Part shown: positions 55,049 to 64,000 of the stretch, piece by piece | Position numbering within the stretch: position 1 is the stretch's first letter | Layout of the letters: each line of letters begins with the position of its first letter | DNA from: Piromyces finnis finn | Taxonomy: Eukaryota > Fungi > Neocallimastigomycota | Reading direction: 5' to 3' | Assembly (NCBI GenBank): GCA_002104945.1 | Contig: MCFH01000057.1 | Location: forward strand, 284,584 to 348,583 | Length of the DNA: 64,000 nucleotides | Notes under the pieces: model-generated | The model's input: only the letters and a program-made list of their open reading frames with translations | Databases searched by the model: none | Told to the model about the DNA's origin: nothing | Program-made: the position numbers and the translations under genes

Positions 55049-58000
55049 CCCTCTTACCCCCCTCTTGGAAACGTGCCTTCATTTATTTAATAAATGTAGT
55101 TTCTCAAGGGGGTCTACTCATGCTCATGGTACTGAGAGAGTAGGAAGAATTAAATCCAAGCATTGCGCAATGGATGCTTGGTTAGTCTTTAAGGGAAAAT
55201 TATTAGGACTAAGCTCATGGTACTGAGCGATTAAAAAACATTTATCCATCGAATTTAAGTATTTGATGAATAAGTTGAATGTTTGATATTCAGGTAAGTT
55301 TGTATAGTATTTAATTAGAAGAGTAATACATTTTGTTGCTGTATTTTTTCTTTTATTCATGTATTCATGTAGTACTACTCTTCTCTTGTAAGAATCCAAT
55401 GTAGTCAACTTTAGCATTTGCATTGTATTTTTATATTCATGTAGCTATTGTTGTATTGTTTCTTGTAAGAGACTGATTCACTCTACATCATGTAAAAATA
55501 CTATTCACAAGCTTTCTGGTGTCGACATTCTTGATTCAAATTTTTTACCAATTTAAATATTTAATGAAAAGTAAGTCAAACAAGTTTAGTGTCAAAAAGC
55601 GAATCGAATTTACTAACAACAAACCAAAACTAGAATTTTTAAAGAAAATTTACAACTAGAATTCAAAAAAAGAAACTTTAAACAAAGCATCGTAACAATT
55701 TTTGTACTATCCAGTACTTTTAAGAAGAGAGAGAGAGACAGATTTTTTTTCCATATACGTTATATTTATAATTTTTATTAGTATTTATTTTATATTCAAT
55801 ATTTTTAATTAGAATTTATTATCATGTCAGTCCTTTATATTAAAGTCAAGAATTATATCAGACGTGGTACCCGGTCTTATGGTATCCCCTTAGATGATAT
55901 TCGCTCCTTCTTTATCCGTGGTATTCGATCATGGTCAGTAAATATGCTATGGGAAAAACTCGAGGTTATTCTAGAAGATAAATTTAATTCAGTTATTAGT
56001 GTTAAATATTTTCAGACTTTCAATGATCACTTTTTCTTAGTCAAGGTTCATGGTTCATCGAAAGATTGTATTAAAATCTTACACATGTTAAAGAAGAAAC
56101 TTTCAGTTACCTCAATTTCCTTTTCAGCTCGTAGTAGAAGGAATCACAAATACACTTTTTCCACTCTCAAACGTAAAATTTTAGTTTCTAATAAACATCA
56201 ACATTCTATTCAACAATCATTTCAACAATCAGTTCAACAATCTCATCAACAATCCGATCTTCAACTAGATCTTCAACAAGATCTTCAACAAGTTTCCAAT
56301 CATGAAAATATTCCAGATCTACAGCAAACACAATTTCAATCTCAACATTCAACAATTAATTCTAATAGCTCTATCAACTCTGATAACAGTTCAATAGTTG
56401 ATAGTTCTTCAGTTTCACAGCCATCTAGTAATAGTTCTACTTATTCCTCTGATGCATCATCCATTAATAACGATGACTTTAATAATAATAATAATAGCAA
56501 CGATTCTTCCTCATCCAACAAGCCTGATAACTTTTCTTTTTGTCTTAGTTGGAACACCAATGGGTGGAATCACGAAAAGAGAGATAGTATTAGCTATTTC
56601 ACAGCTATTTTCAAACCATTATTTTTATGTTTCCAAGAAACTGGTAATGGTTCTGGATCGAATACAGATTATCCTTGTCGTGTTACTTTGCGAAACTATA
56701 GACACTTTTTCAAGAAAGCTGACGAATCAGTTCCGGGAATGAGAGGTTTATATTTAGGTTTTCACAATTCATGTCAAGCCTCACTTGAAAACTTCTCTGG
56801 AAAGTATATTATTTCTATTTATACTTTTAGTCTCTGGAATAGATTCAAATGCTCGATTGGTAATGTTTATATGCCTCATAGTCATCACAACATCTATGTT
56901 GATCATGCAAAGTTAGAAGTTCGCTTGTGGTTACAAACTCATTCATCCCATCCATCGATTCTTGTTGGTGATTTTAATATGTCTAAAGTAAAATTATCCA
57001 ACTGGTTATCAACTAATGGATTAGGAGATTGGGAAATTCTTCCGCTTAGAGGGTCTACTATCTCTTGGACTCGAGGTGATCAATCTTCCGACATTGACCA
57101 TGCTCTTATCAATTCGAAGATGAAAGATCTTATTCACTCAGGATCATTTATAAATAATTTTTATCCTGTATCAGACCATAAGCCACTTCTTATTAATGGT
57201 AAAATTATTCCTATGGAAGATTTTTCTAATGACTTTAATGTTCCTAAGAAAATTCTGAAATGGAATAGATTAAAATGTATTGAGGAAAAGGAATCTATTC
57301 TCAGTCATAATAAATTCCAAATACTTTCAGCTAAATCCAACGATCCTAATGTTTCTACAGATGAACTTTCCAAAGAGTTTACTTCAACTGCTTTTTCAAT
57401 TGCAGACGAGCTCAGTATTACTTCAGCAAATAATGTTATAAAGTCTTCATTTCATATTTCACAACAAATTTTTAATCTTCAAAAAATCAAAATGAAGTTG
57501 TATAAGAGATTTAAAAAAGAAAGAATTTATGATATAGATGAATTTATTAAAAGAATTAAAATCTACCGTAAACTCATTGATTACATCCACAAAAGATGTA
57601 ATGAATTTAGGAAGCAAGAATATCTTCATTGGATTAAAACAGGATGTGAGTATATGAAGAGTCATAATCCTAAGAAGGCCTGGAAATGGATCAAGAAAAC
57701 TGCAAAAATTGGAAAAGATTCTTTCTTTATTGCTCAACCAATTAAAAATAAAAATGGAGAATTAGTTGTTGCTACGGAAGAACAACTAGATGTGTGGCAT
57801 GATCATTTCGAAAAGCTTGCATCAGATCCAAGTGGTGTAAGTCTTGATTTAGAGCATTGGTATGAAGAACCAATGAATAAACGTTTTTCACTTCCTATGC
57901 TTGATGAATGGGATATCAACCAAGATATTAGTATTGATGAAGTCAAGTCAGCTATCCTCACTACTCCAAATTATAAAGCATCAGGTCCGGATGGTATTCC

Positions 58001-60582
58001 AATTGAATTTTACAAAGCATTAGTTCCATCAAGTAATGATTCTAATAATGCTACAGATAATAATTCTTCTGGTAATACTACTTCAGATAATGATGCTCAT
58101 GGTTTAAATTTTATTCTTAAATTATTCAACCGTATTTGGGATGGAGATTTCCCCAACTCATGGAATGAATCCAGTATTGTTTCTATTCCTAAGAAGGGAG
58201 ATTTGACAGATTGTGATAACTATCGAGGTATATCACTTATCAATAATGGTATTAAGTTGATTTCCAAAATTGTCACCACTAGAATCTCAGAATATGGTTT
58301 AAAGAATAATTTCATTAGACCTGAACAATTTGGTTTTCGAAAAAAGGAAGAAAGTATTAGTCTTTTCATTTCAATCCAAGAAATATGCCGTAGACGTCAA
58401 TTAGATAATAAAGAGACATATTTGGCCTTTTTAGATCTCAGGAAAGCATACGATTCAGTCCCAATCGGTAATATTCTCCATAAATTAGATTGTTTAGGAA
58501 TCCGAGGTAAGAGTTTACAATTCATCAAAAATTTATATTTAACATCTAAGGCTAATGTCAAATTAGATGGACAATTCTCGAAATCTTTTGATGTGAAGAA
58601 AGGAGTCCGTCAAGGTTGCCCTCTTTCTCCTATTCTCTTTAATCTCTTTATTAATGATATATTTAGAGAGTGCGAAGATCTAGGAGTCAGTTTAGGTGAC
58701 ACTCGATGCTGTGGTGGACTTTTTGCAGATGATATAGTTATTTGTGCTCCAACAAGAGGATGCTTAAAAAAGATGCTTAGAAGAGTTAATGAATGGGCAT
58801 TGTATAATGAAATGGAATTTGGTATCCAGAAATGTTCAACGATGGTGATTCGTCCTGAATCAATAGAAAATCAGAACAAGAGAGATCCAACATTTTACTT
58901 AGCAGGACAACCCATTCCAACTACTGATTGTTATACTTATCTTGGTGTTCCATTTGATAAGAATTTGTCCCTTAAACCAGTAATTAAAGCTCTTAATAAC
59001 AAGGTTTTGAAAGGGCTTTTCTCAGTCAGTAAATTCTTAAGAAATCCTAATATTCCTATTCCTTTCAAAAAACTAGTACTTAACTCACAAGTGATTAGCA
59101 GAGTTTCATACTTTGCACCATTACTTGGATCCAACAAAGCTAGGTCTAGGATTGCTCAGAAGCATGTTAACAAAGGAATACGATGGGTTGCCGGAGTTCA
59201 TAAAGCTGTATCGTTTATATCTTTATACTCTATTTCAAAAGATTTGAATATTCCTCCATTGTCAGCCAAATGTGCGTTAGCTCAGGTTAGATGTTTTAAC
59301 AAATGGAAAAACTCAAATTGTATTATCTCACACCTTGTCAATTACATTCCTAAATTTAGAAAATACACGTGGTGCAAATCAAGTAGGACACTTGATAAAA
59401 AACTAAAGAAACATGGAGATGTTAAAGCAGTTAAAAACTTTTATTGGAAAGATCTCAAAGGGAATTCAATCAAAGCGCAATATTATGATGATAATAAATT
59501 TAGTGAAACTAAAGATTTTATTAAATTATGTTATGAGTACCCAGAGTTTGCCTATGGCTTCTACTGGCTATTGAAAGCAAGAAGCGGATACAAGTTGGAT
59601 GCTAGAGTTGCCAAAGCTGCTAAATTTGTTGATCCAGTTTGTCCTAACTACTGTCCATGTTGCAAGTGTGGAGATCAAAGTATTAAACATTGGTTATTAG
59701 ATTGTCCAACATTTAGAGATATCCGTATTAAACATTATGATTCCATAGTCCAGCTATTAAATTTTTTCAGTCAACGTAATTCCAATAGTCCTATCAATAA
59801 TAATGAAATTGATAATATCAGTAGAGATAGTAATAACATTAATAGTAATAGTAACAATAGTAATAGTAACAATAGTAATAGTAACAATAGTAATAGTAAC
59901 AATAGTAATAATAACAATAATAGAAATAATAATATTAGTAATGATAGCAATAGTGAAGATAATAATTCTAATTTAGATAGTAATTTAGTTAATGATAGTA
60001 ATAGTTCTAATAATCCGGTGAATATTAATGTGTATGATTATTCTAGTGTGTGCAGTAAAATATTTAAATTCCTTCTTGGGGGAAGAAGTTTTAACAATAT
60101 TAATTACAATTCAAGGGAATGGAAAGAACTTTGTAAGCGTCAGATTCAATCTGGTACTAATGAAGGAGCACCATTCTTGACGGTAACCGCGGAACTTCTA
60201 ACCAAAATCATGCCTTTTGCTATTGGCCAGCAATGGTCAATGTTCAAAAGGTTTGAAGCAACATCCAAGAGCGTCAATGCTGAAGAAACAGTAAGACAGG
60301 CCAGGAGGGCCAGCGCAACCAATGGAGATCATAATTTTGTTCCATGACAAAATTTTGATCTTTGGCTCGGTGTCCCATTGGAAGTCAAATACAATTATTA
60401 TACTTTAGTATGATAGTGGCTTTCTTACTTTAATTAAAATTACTAGAATACATTATACCCAATTTTTATTCATTTGTGTTTATTTAAACATATTTTTTTT
60501 ATTTTTATTTTATTTTAATTTTTATATTTCATGTATTATAATTTTAATTAAATTAATAATAAAGTTTAAAATATTTGATGCC

Positions 60583-60639
<57 letters not shown>
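55049..60639 (+). mobile_element. Full-length non-LTR retrotransposon (LINE), copy 1: one 5' monomer, ~640-nt unique 5' UTR, single ORF, 3' UTR and 54-nt poly(A)
   Basis: ORF 55824-60347; AATAAA at 60558-60563; A-run at 60586-60639; CCCTCTTACCC at both 55049-55059 and 60640-60650 (candidate TSD). Confidence 0.95.
55824..60347 (+). CDS. LINE polyprotein, 1507 aa: RRM-like N-terminus, Q/S/N linker, APE endonuclease, reverse transcriptase, CCHC zinc finger
   Basis: APE motifs: SWNTNG, LCFQET, GDFN, TISWTR, SDIDHAL, SDHKPL. RT motifs: KASGPDGIP, YRGISL, QFGFR, FLDLRKAYDSV, GVRQGCPLSPILFNLFI, FADD, YTYLG. Zinc finger: CPCCKCGDQSIKHWLLDC. Confidence 0.96.
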   Translation: MSVLYIKVKNYIRRGTRSYGIPLDDIRSFFIRGIRSWSVNMLWEKLEVILEDKFNSVISVKYFQTFNDHFFLVKVHGSSKDCIKILHMLKKKLSVTSISFSARSRRNHKYTFSTLKRKILVSNKHQHSIQQSFQQSVQQSHQQSDLQLDLQQDLQQVSNHENIPDLQQTQFQSQHSTINSNSSINSDNSSIVDSSSVSQPSSNSSTYSSDASSINNDDFNNNNNSNDSSSSNKPDNFSFCLSWNTNGWNHEKRDSISYFTAIFKPLFLCFQETGNGSGSNTDYPCRVTLRNYRHFFKKADESVPGMRGLYLGFHNSCQASLENFSGKYIISIYTFSLWNRFKCSIGNVYMPHSHHNIYVDHAKLEVRLWLQTHSSHPSILVGDFNMSKVKLSNWLSTNGLGDWEILPLRGSTISWTRGDQSSDIDHALINSKMKDLIHSGSFINNFYPVSDHKPLLINGKIIPMEDFSNDFNVPKKILKWNRLKCIEEKESILSHNKFQILSAKSNDPNVSTDELSKEFTSTAFSIADELSITSANNVIKSSFHISQQIFNLQKIKMKLYKRFKKERIYDIDEFIKRIKIYRKLIDYIHKRCNEFRKQEYLHWIKTGCEYMKSHNPKKAWKWIKKTAKIGKDSFFIAQPIKNKNGELVVATEEQLDVWHDHFEKLASDPSGVSLDLEHWYEEPMNKRFSLPMLDEWDINQDISIDEVKSAILTTPNYKASGPDGIPIEFYKALVPSSNDSNNATDNNSSGNTTSDNDAHGLNFILKLFNRIWDGDFPNSWNESSIVSIPKKGDLTDCDNYRGISLINNGIKLISKIVTTRISEYGLKNNFIRPEQFGFRKKEESISLFISIQEICRRRQLDNKETYLAFLDLRKAYDSVPIGNILHKLDCLGIRGKSLQFIKNLYLTSKANVKLDGQFSKSFDVKKGVRQGCPLSPILFNLFINDIFRECEDLGVSLGDTRCCGGLFADDIVICAPTRGCLKKMLRRVNEWALYNEMEFGIQKCSTMVIRPESIENQNKRDPTFYLAGQPIPTTDCYTYLGVPFDKNLSLKPVIKALNNKVLKGLFSVSKFLRNPNIPIPFKKLVLNSQVISRVSYFAPLLGSNKARSRIAQKHVNKGIRWVAGVHKAVSFISLYSISKDLNIPPLSAKCALAQVRCFNKWKNSNCIISHLVNYIPKFRKYTWCKSSRTLDKKLKKHGDVKAVKNFYWKDLKGNSIKAQYYDDNKFSETKDFIKLCYEYPEFAYGFYWLLKARSGYKLDARVAKAAKFVDPVCPNYCPCCKCGDQSIKHWLLDCPTFRDIRIKHYDSIVQLLNFFSQRNSNSPINNNEIDNISRDSNNINSNSNNSNSNNSNSNNSNSNNSNNNNNRNNNISNDSNSEDNNSNLDSNLVNDSNSSNNPVNINVYDYSSVCSKIFKFLLGGRSFNNINYNSREWKELCKRQIQSGTNEGAPFLTVTAELLTKIMPFAIGQQWSMFKRFEATSKSVNAEETVRQARRASATNGDHNFVP

Positions 60640-60641
<2 letters not shown>

Positions 60642-60661
60642 CTCTTACCCTCTTGGGAAAT

Positions 60662-61334
60662 CCCTCTTGGGAACGTGCCTTCATTTATTTAATAAATGTA
60701 GTTTCTCAAGGGGGTCTACTCATGCTCATGGTACTGAGAGAGTAGAAAGAATTAAATCCAAGTATTGCGCAATGGATGCTTGGTGCCCTCTTAGGAACGT
60801 GCCTTCATTTATTTAATAATGGAGTTTATCAAGGGGGTCTACTCATGCTCATGGTACTGAGAGAGTAGAAAGAGCCCTCTTGGGAACGTGCCTTCATTTA
60901 TTTAATAAATGTAGTTTCTCAAGGGGGTCTACTCATGCTCATGGTACTGAGAGAGTAGAAAGAATTAAATCCAAGTATTGCGCAATGGATGCTTGGTGCC
61001 CTCTTAGGAATGTGCCTTCATTTATTTAATAAATGTAATTTCTCAAGGGGGTCTACTCATGCTCATGGTACTGAGAGAGTAGAAAGAGCCCTCTTGGGAA
61101 CGTGCCTTCATTTATTTAATAAATGTAGTTTCTCAAGGGGGTCTACTCATGCTCATGGTACTGAGAGAGTAGAAAGAATTAAATCCAAGTATTGCGCAAT
61201 GGATGCTTGGTGCCCTCTTAGGAATGTGCCTTCATTTATTTAATAAATGTAATTTCTCAAGGGGGTCTACTCATGCTCATGGTACTGAGAGAGTAGAAAG
61301 AATTAAATCCAAGCATTGCGCAATGGATGCTTGG
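60662..61334 (+). repeat. Six-unit tandem array of LINE 5' monomers (124, 89, 124, 90, 124, ~122 bp)
   Basis: Units start at 60662, 60786, 60875, 60999, 61089, 61213 (CCCTCTTRGGAA). Long units carry an extra ~34-bp module, ATTAAATCCAAGYATTGCGCAATGGATGCTTGGTG. Confidence 0.95.
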
Positions 61335-61980
61335 TTAGTCTTCAAGGGAAAATTATTAGGACTAAGCTCATGGTACTGAGCGATTAAAAAACATTTTATT
61401 CATCAAATTTAAGTATTTGATGAATAAGTGAATGTTTGATTTTTCAGGTAAGTTTGTATAGTATTTAATTAGAAGAGTAATACATTTTGTTGCTGTATTT
61501 TTTCTTTTATTCATGTATTCATGTAGTACTACTCTTCTCTTGTAAGAATCCAATGTAGTCAACTTTAGCATTTGCATTGTACTTTTATATTCATGTAGCT
61601 ATTGTTGTATTGTTTCTTGTAAGAGACTGATTCACTCTACATCATGTAAAAATACTATTCACAAGCTTTCTGGTGTCGACATTCTTGATTCAAATTTTTT
61701 ACCAATTTAAATATTTAATGAAAAGTAAAGTCAAACAAGTTTAGTGTCAAAAAGCGAATCGAATTTACTAACAACAAACCAAAACTAGAATTTTTAAAGA
61801 AAATTTACAACTAGAATTCAAAAAAAAAAGAAACTTTAAACAAAGCATCGTAACAATTTTTGTACTATCCAGTACTTTTAAGAAGAGAGAGAGAGACAGA
61901 TTTTTTTCCATATACGTTATATTTGTAATTTTTATTAGTATTTATTTTATATTCAATATTTTTAATTAGAATTAATTATC

Positions 61981-64000
61981 ATGTCAGTCCTTTATATTAA
62001 AGATAAGAATTATATCAGACGTGGTACCCGGTCTTATGGTATCCCCTTAGATGATATTCGCTCCTTCTTTATCCGTGGTATTCGATCATGGTCAGTAAAT
62101 ATGCTATGGGAAAAACTCGAGGTTATTCTAGAAGATAAATTTAATTCAGTTATTAGTGTTAAATATTTTCAAACTTTCAATGATCACTTTTTCTTAGTCA
62201 AGGTTCATGGTTCATCAAAAGATTGTATTAAAATCTTACACATGTTAAAGAAGAAACTTTCAGTTACCTCAATTTCCTTTTCAGCTCGTAGTAGAAGGAA
62301 TCACAAATACACTTTTTCCACTCTCAAACGTAAAATTTTAGTTTCTAATAAATATCAACATTCTATTCAACAATCATTTCAACAATCAGTTCAACAATCA
62401 GTTCAACAATCTCATCAACAATCCGATCTTCAACAAGATCTTCAACAGGATCTTCAACAAGTTTCCCATCATGAAAATATTCCAGATCTACAGCAAACAC
62501 AATTTCAATCTCAACATTCAACAATTAATTCTAATAGTTCTATCAACTCTGATAACAGTTCAATAGTTGATAGTTCTTCAGTTTCACAGCCATCTAGTAA
62601 TAGTTCTACTTATTCCTCTGATGCATCATCCATTAATAACGATGACTTTAATAATAATAATAATAGCAACGATTCTTCCTCATACAACAAGCCTGATAAC
62701 TTTTCTTTTTGTCTTAGTTGGAACACCAATGGGTGGAATCATGAAAAGAGAGATAGTATTAGCTATTTCACAGCTATTTTCAAACCATTATTCTTATGTT
62801 TCCAAGAAACTGGTAATGGTTCTAGATTGAATACAGATTATCCTTGTCGTGTTACTTTGCGAAACTATAGACACTTTTTCAAGAAAGCTGACGAATCAGT
62901 TCCGGGAATGAGAGGTTTATATTTAGGTTTTCACAATTCGTGTCAAGCCTCACTTGAAAACTTCTCTGGAAAGTATATTATTTCTATTTATACTTTTAGT
63001 CTCTGGAATAGATTCAAATGCTCGATTGGAAATGTTTATATGCCTCATAGTCATCACAACATCTATGTTGATCATGCAAAGTTAGAAGTTCGCTTGTGGT
63101 TACAAACTCATTCATCCCATCCATCGATTCTTGTTGGTGATTTTAATATGTCTAAAGTAAAATTATCCAACTGGTTATCAACTAATGGATTAGGAGATTG
63201 GGAAATTCTTCCGCTTAGAGGGTCTACTATCTCTTGGACTCGAGGTGATCAATCTTCCGACATTGACCATGCTCTTATCAATTCGAAGATGAAAGATCTT
63301 ATTCACTCAGGATCATTTATAAATAATTTTTATCCTGTATCAGACCATAAGCCACTTCTTATTAATGGTAAAATTATTCCTATGGATGATTTTTCTAATG
63401 ACTTTAATGTTCCTAAGAAAATTCTGAAATGGAATAGATTAAAATGTATTGAGGAAAAGGAATCTATTCTCAGTCATAATAAATTCCAAATACTTTCAGC
63501 AAAATCCAGCGATCCTAATGTTTCTACAGATGAACTTTCCAAAGAGTTTACTTCAACTGCTTTTTCAATTGCAGACGAGCTCAGTATTACTTCAGCAAAT
63601 AATGTTATAAAGTCTTCATTTCATATTTCACAACAAATTTTTAATCTTCAAAAAATCAAAATGAAGTTGTATAAGAGATTTAAAAAAGAAAGAATTTATG
63701 ATATAGATGAATTTATTAAAAGAATTAAAATCTACCGTAAACTCATTGATTACATCCACAAAAGATGTAATGAATTTAGGAAGCAAGAATATCTTCATTG
63801 GATTAAAACAGGATGTGAGTATATGAAGAGTCATAATCCTAAGAAGGCCTGGAAATGGATCAAGAAAACTGCAAAAATTGGAAAAGATTCCTTCTTTATT
63901 GCTCAACCAATTAAAAATAAAAATGGAGAATTAGTTGTTGCTACGGAAGAACAACTAGATGTGTGGCATGATCATTTCGAAAAGCTTGCATCAGATCCAA
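61981..64000 (+). CDS. LINE copy 2 polyprotein, N-terminal ~673 codons, apparently open to the window edge
   Basis: Same frame and sequence as copy 1 with few substitutions and one 12-bp in-frame insertion. No in-frame stop was seen at the differences checked. It is absent from the ORF track, probably because it has no stop inside the window. Confidence 0.85.
   Translation, partial: MSVLYIKDKNYIRRGTRSYGIPLDDIRSFFIRGIRSWSVNMLWEKLEVILEDKFNSVISVKYFQTFNDHFFLVKVHGSSKDCIKILHMLKKKLSVTSISFSARSRRNHKYTFSTLKRKILVSNKYQHSIQQSFQQSVQQSVQQSHQQSDLQQDLQQDLQQVSHHENIPDLQQTQFQSQHSTINSNSSINSDNSSIVDSSSVSQPSSNSSTYSSDASSINNDDFNNNNNSNDSSSYNKPDNFSFCLSWNTNGWNHEKRDSISYFTAIFKPLFLCFQETGNGSRLNTDYPCRVTLRNYRHFFKKADESVPGMRGLYLGFHNSCQASLENFSGKYIISIYTFSLWNRFKCSIGNVYMPHSHHNIYVDHAKLEVRLWLQTHSSHPSILVGDFNMSKVKLSNWLSTNGLGDWEILPLRGSTISWTRGDQSSDIDHALINSKMKDLIHSGSFINNFYPVSDHKPLLINGKIIPMDDFSNDFNVPKKILKWNRLKCIEEKESILSHNKFQILSAKSSDPNVSTDELSKEFTSTAFSIADELSITSANNVIKSSFHISQQIFNLQKIKMKLYKRFKKERIYDIDEFIKRIKIYRKLIDYIHKRCNEFRKQEYLHWIKTGCEYMKSHNPKKAWKWIKKTAKIGKDSFFIAQPIKNKNGELVVATEEQLDVWHDHFEKLASDP

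Larger units (their letters stand above)
60640..64000 (+). mobile_element. LINE copy 2 (5' part, runs off the window end), directly abutting the poly(A) of copy 1
   Basis: Near-identical to copy 1 from the 5' UTR onward. ATG at 61981 versus 55824; offset 6157, then 6169 after one extra QQSV codon block. Confidence 0.95.

Noticed and set aside
55124-55423. Antisense ORF in the LINE 5' UTR (ORF0-like; 69-aa version at 61368-61577)
   Set aside because: The two otherwise near-identical copies diverge by frameshift after ~45 codons and the peptide has no recognisable motif, so it is probably not under coding constraint.
60662-61334. CRISPR-like array
   Set aside because: Units abut with no unique spacers, there are no cas genes, the context is eukaryotic, and the repeat is the 5' monomer of the LINE.
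60662-61334. Canonical hammerhead ribozyme or U6-like sequence in the monomer
   Set aside because: CTGAGAGAG does not fit CUGANGA with a paired GAAAC/UH core on either strand, and there is no ACAGAGA/U6 alignment.

Overview
Extremely AT-rich, intron-rich eukaryotic DNA with GT-AG introns, long homopolymer and microsatellite tracts, and a flagellar transition-zone gene. This best fits an anaerobic gut fungus (Neocallimastigomycota); the taxon is inferred from composition and gene content only. Protein-coding genes in order: 3' part of a CEP290-like coiled-coil gene, TLDc/OXR1-like gene with a 54-nt coding minisatellite, double-RRM Hrp1/Musashi-type gene, ARL1, VMS1/ANKZF1, an Opi1/perilipin-like gene, a SUN-domain gene, UBA3, an intronless ankyrin-repeat gene and eEF2. 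A dicistronic tRNA-Ile(UAU, intron)-tRNA-Thr(UGU) cassette occurs twice, in opposite orientation, about 26 kb apart. The most notable biology is a retroelement system. About 58 bp downstream of one cassette sit two head-to-tail, near-identical single-ORF APE-RT-CCHC non-LTR retrotransposons. The second carries a six-unit array of hairpin-rich 5' monomers; the first has one unit. About 50 kb away is a tRNA-Ala-headed, poly(A)-tailed SINE with a 14-bp TSD. It shares a 44-nt double-hairpin motif (39/44 identical, with one compensatory base-pair change) with the 3' end of the LINE ORF, which suggests a LINE/SINE partnership. All alignments and folds were done by eye.
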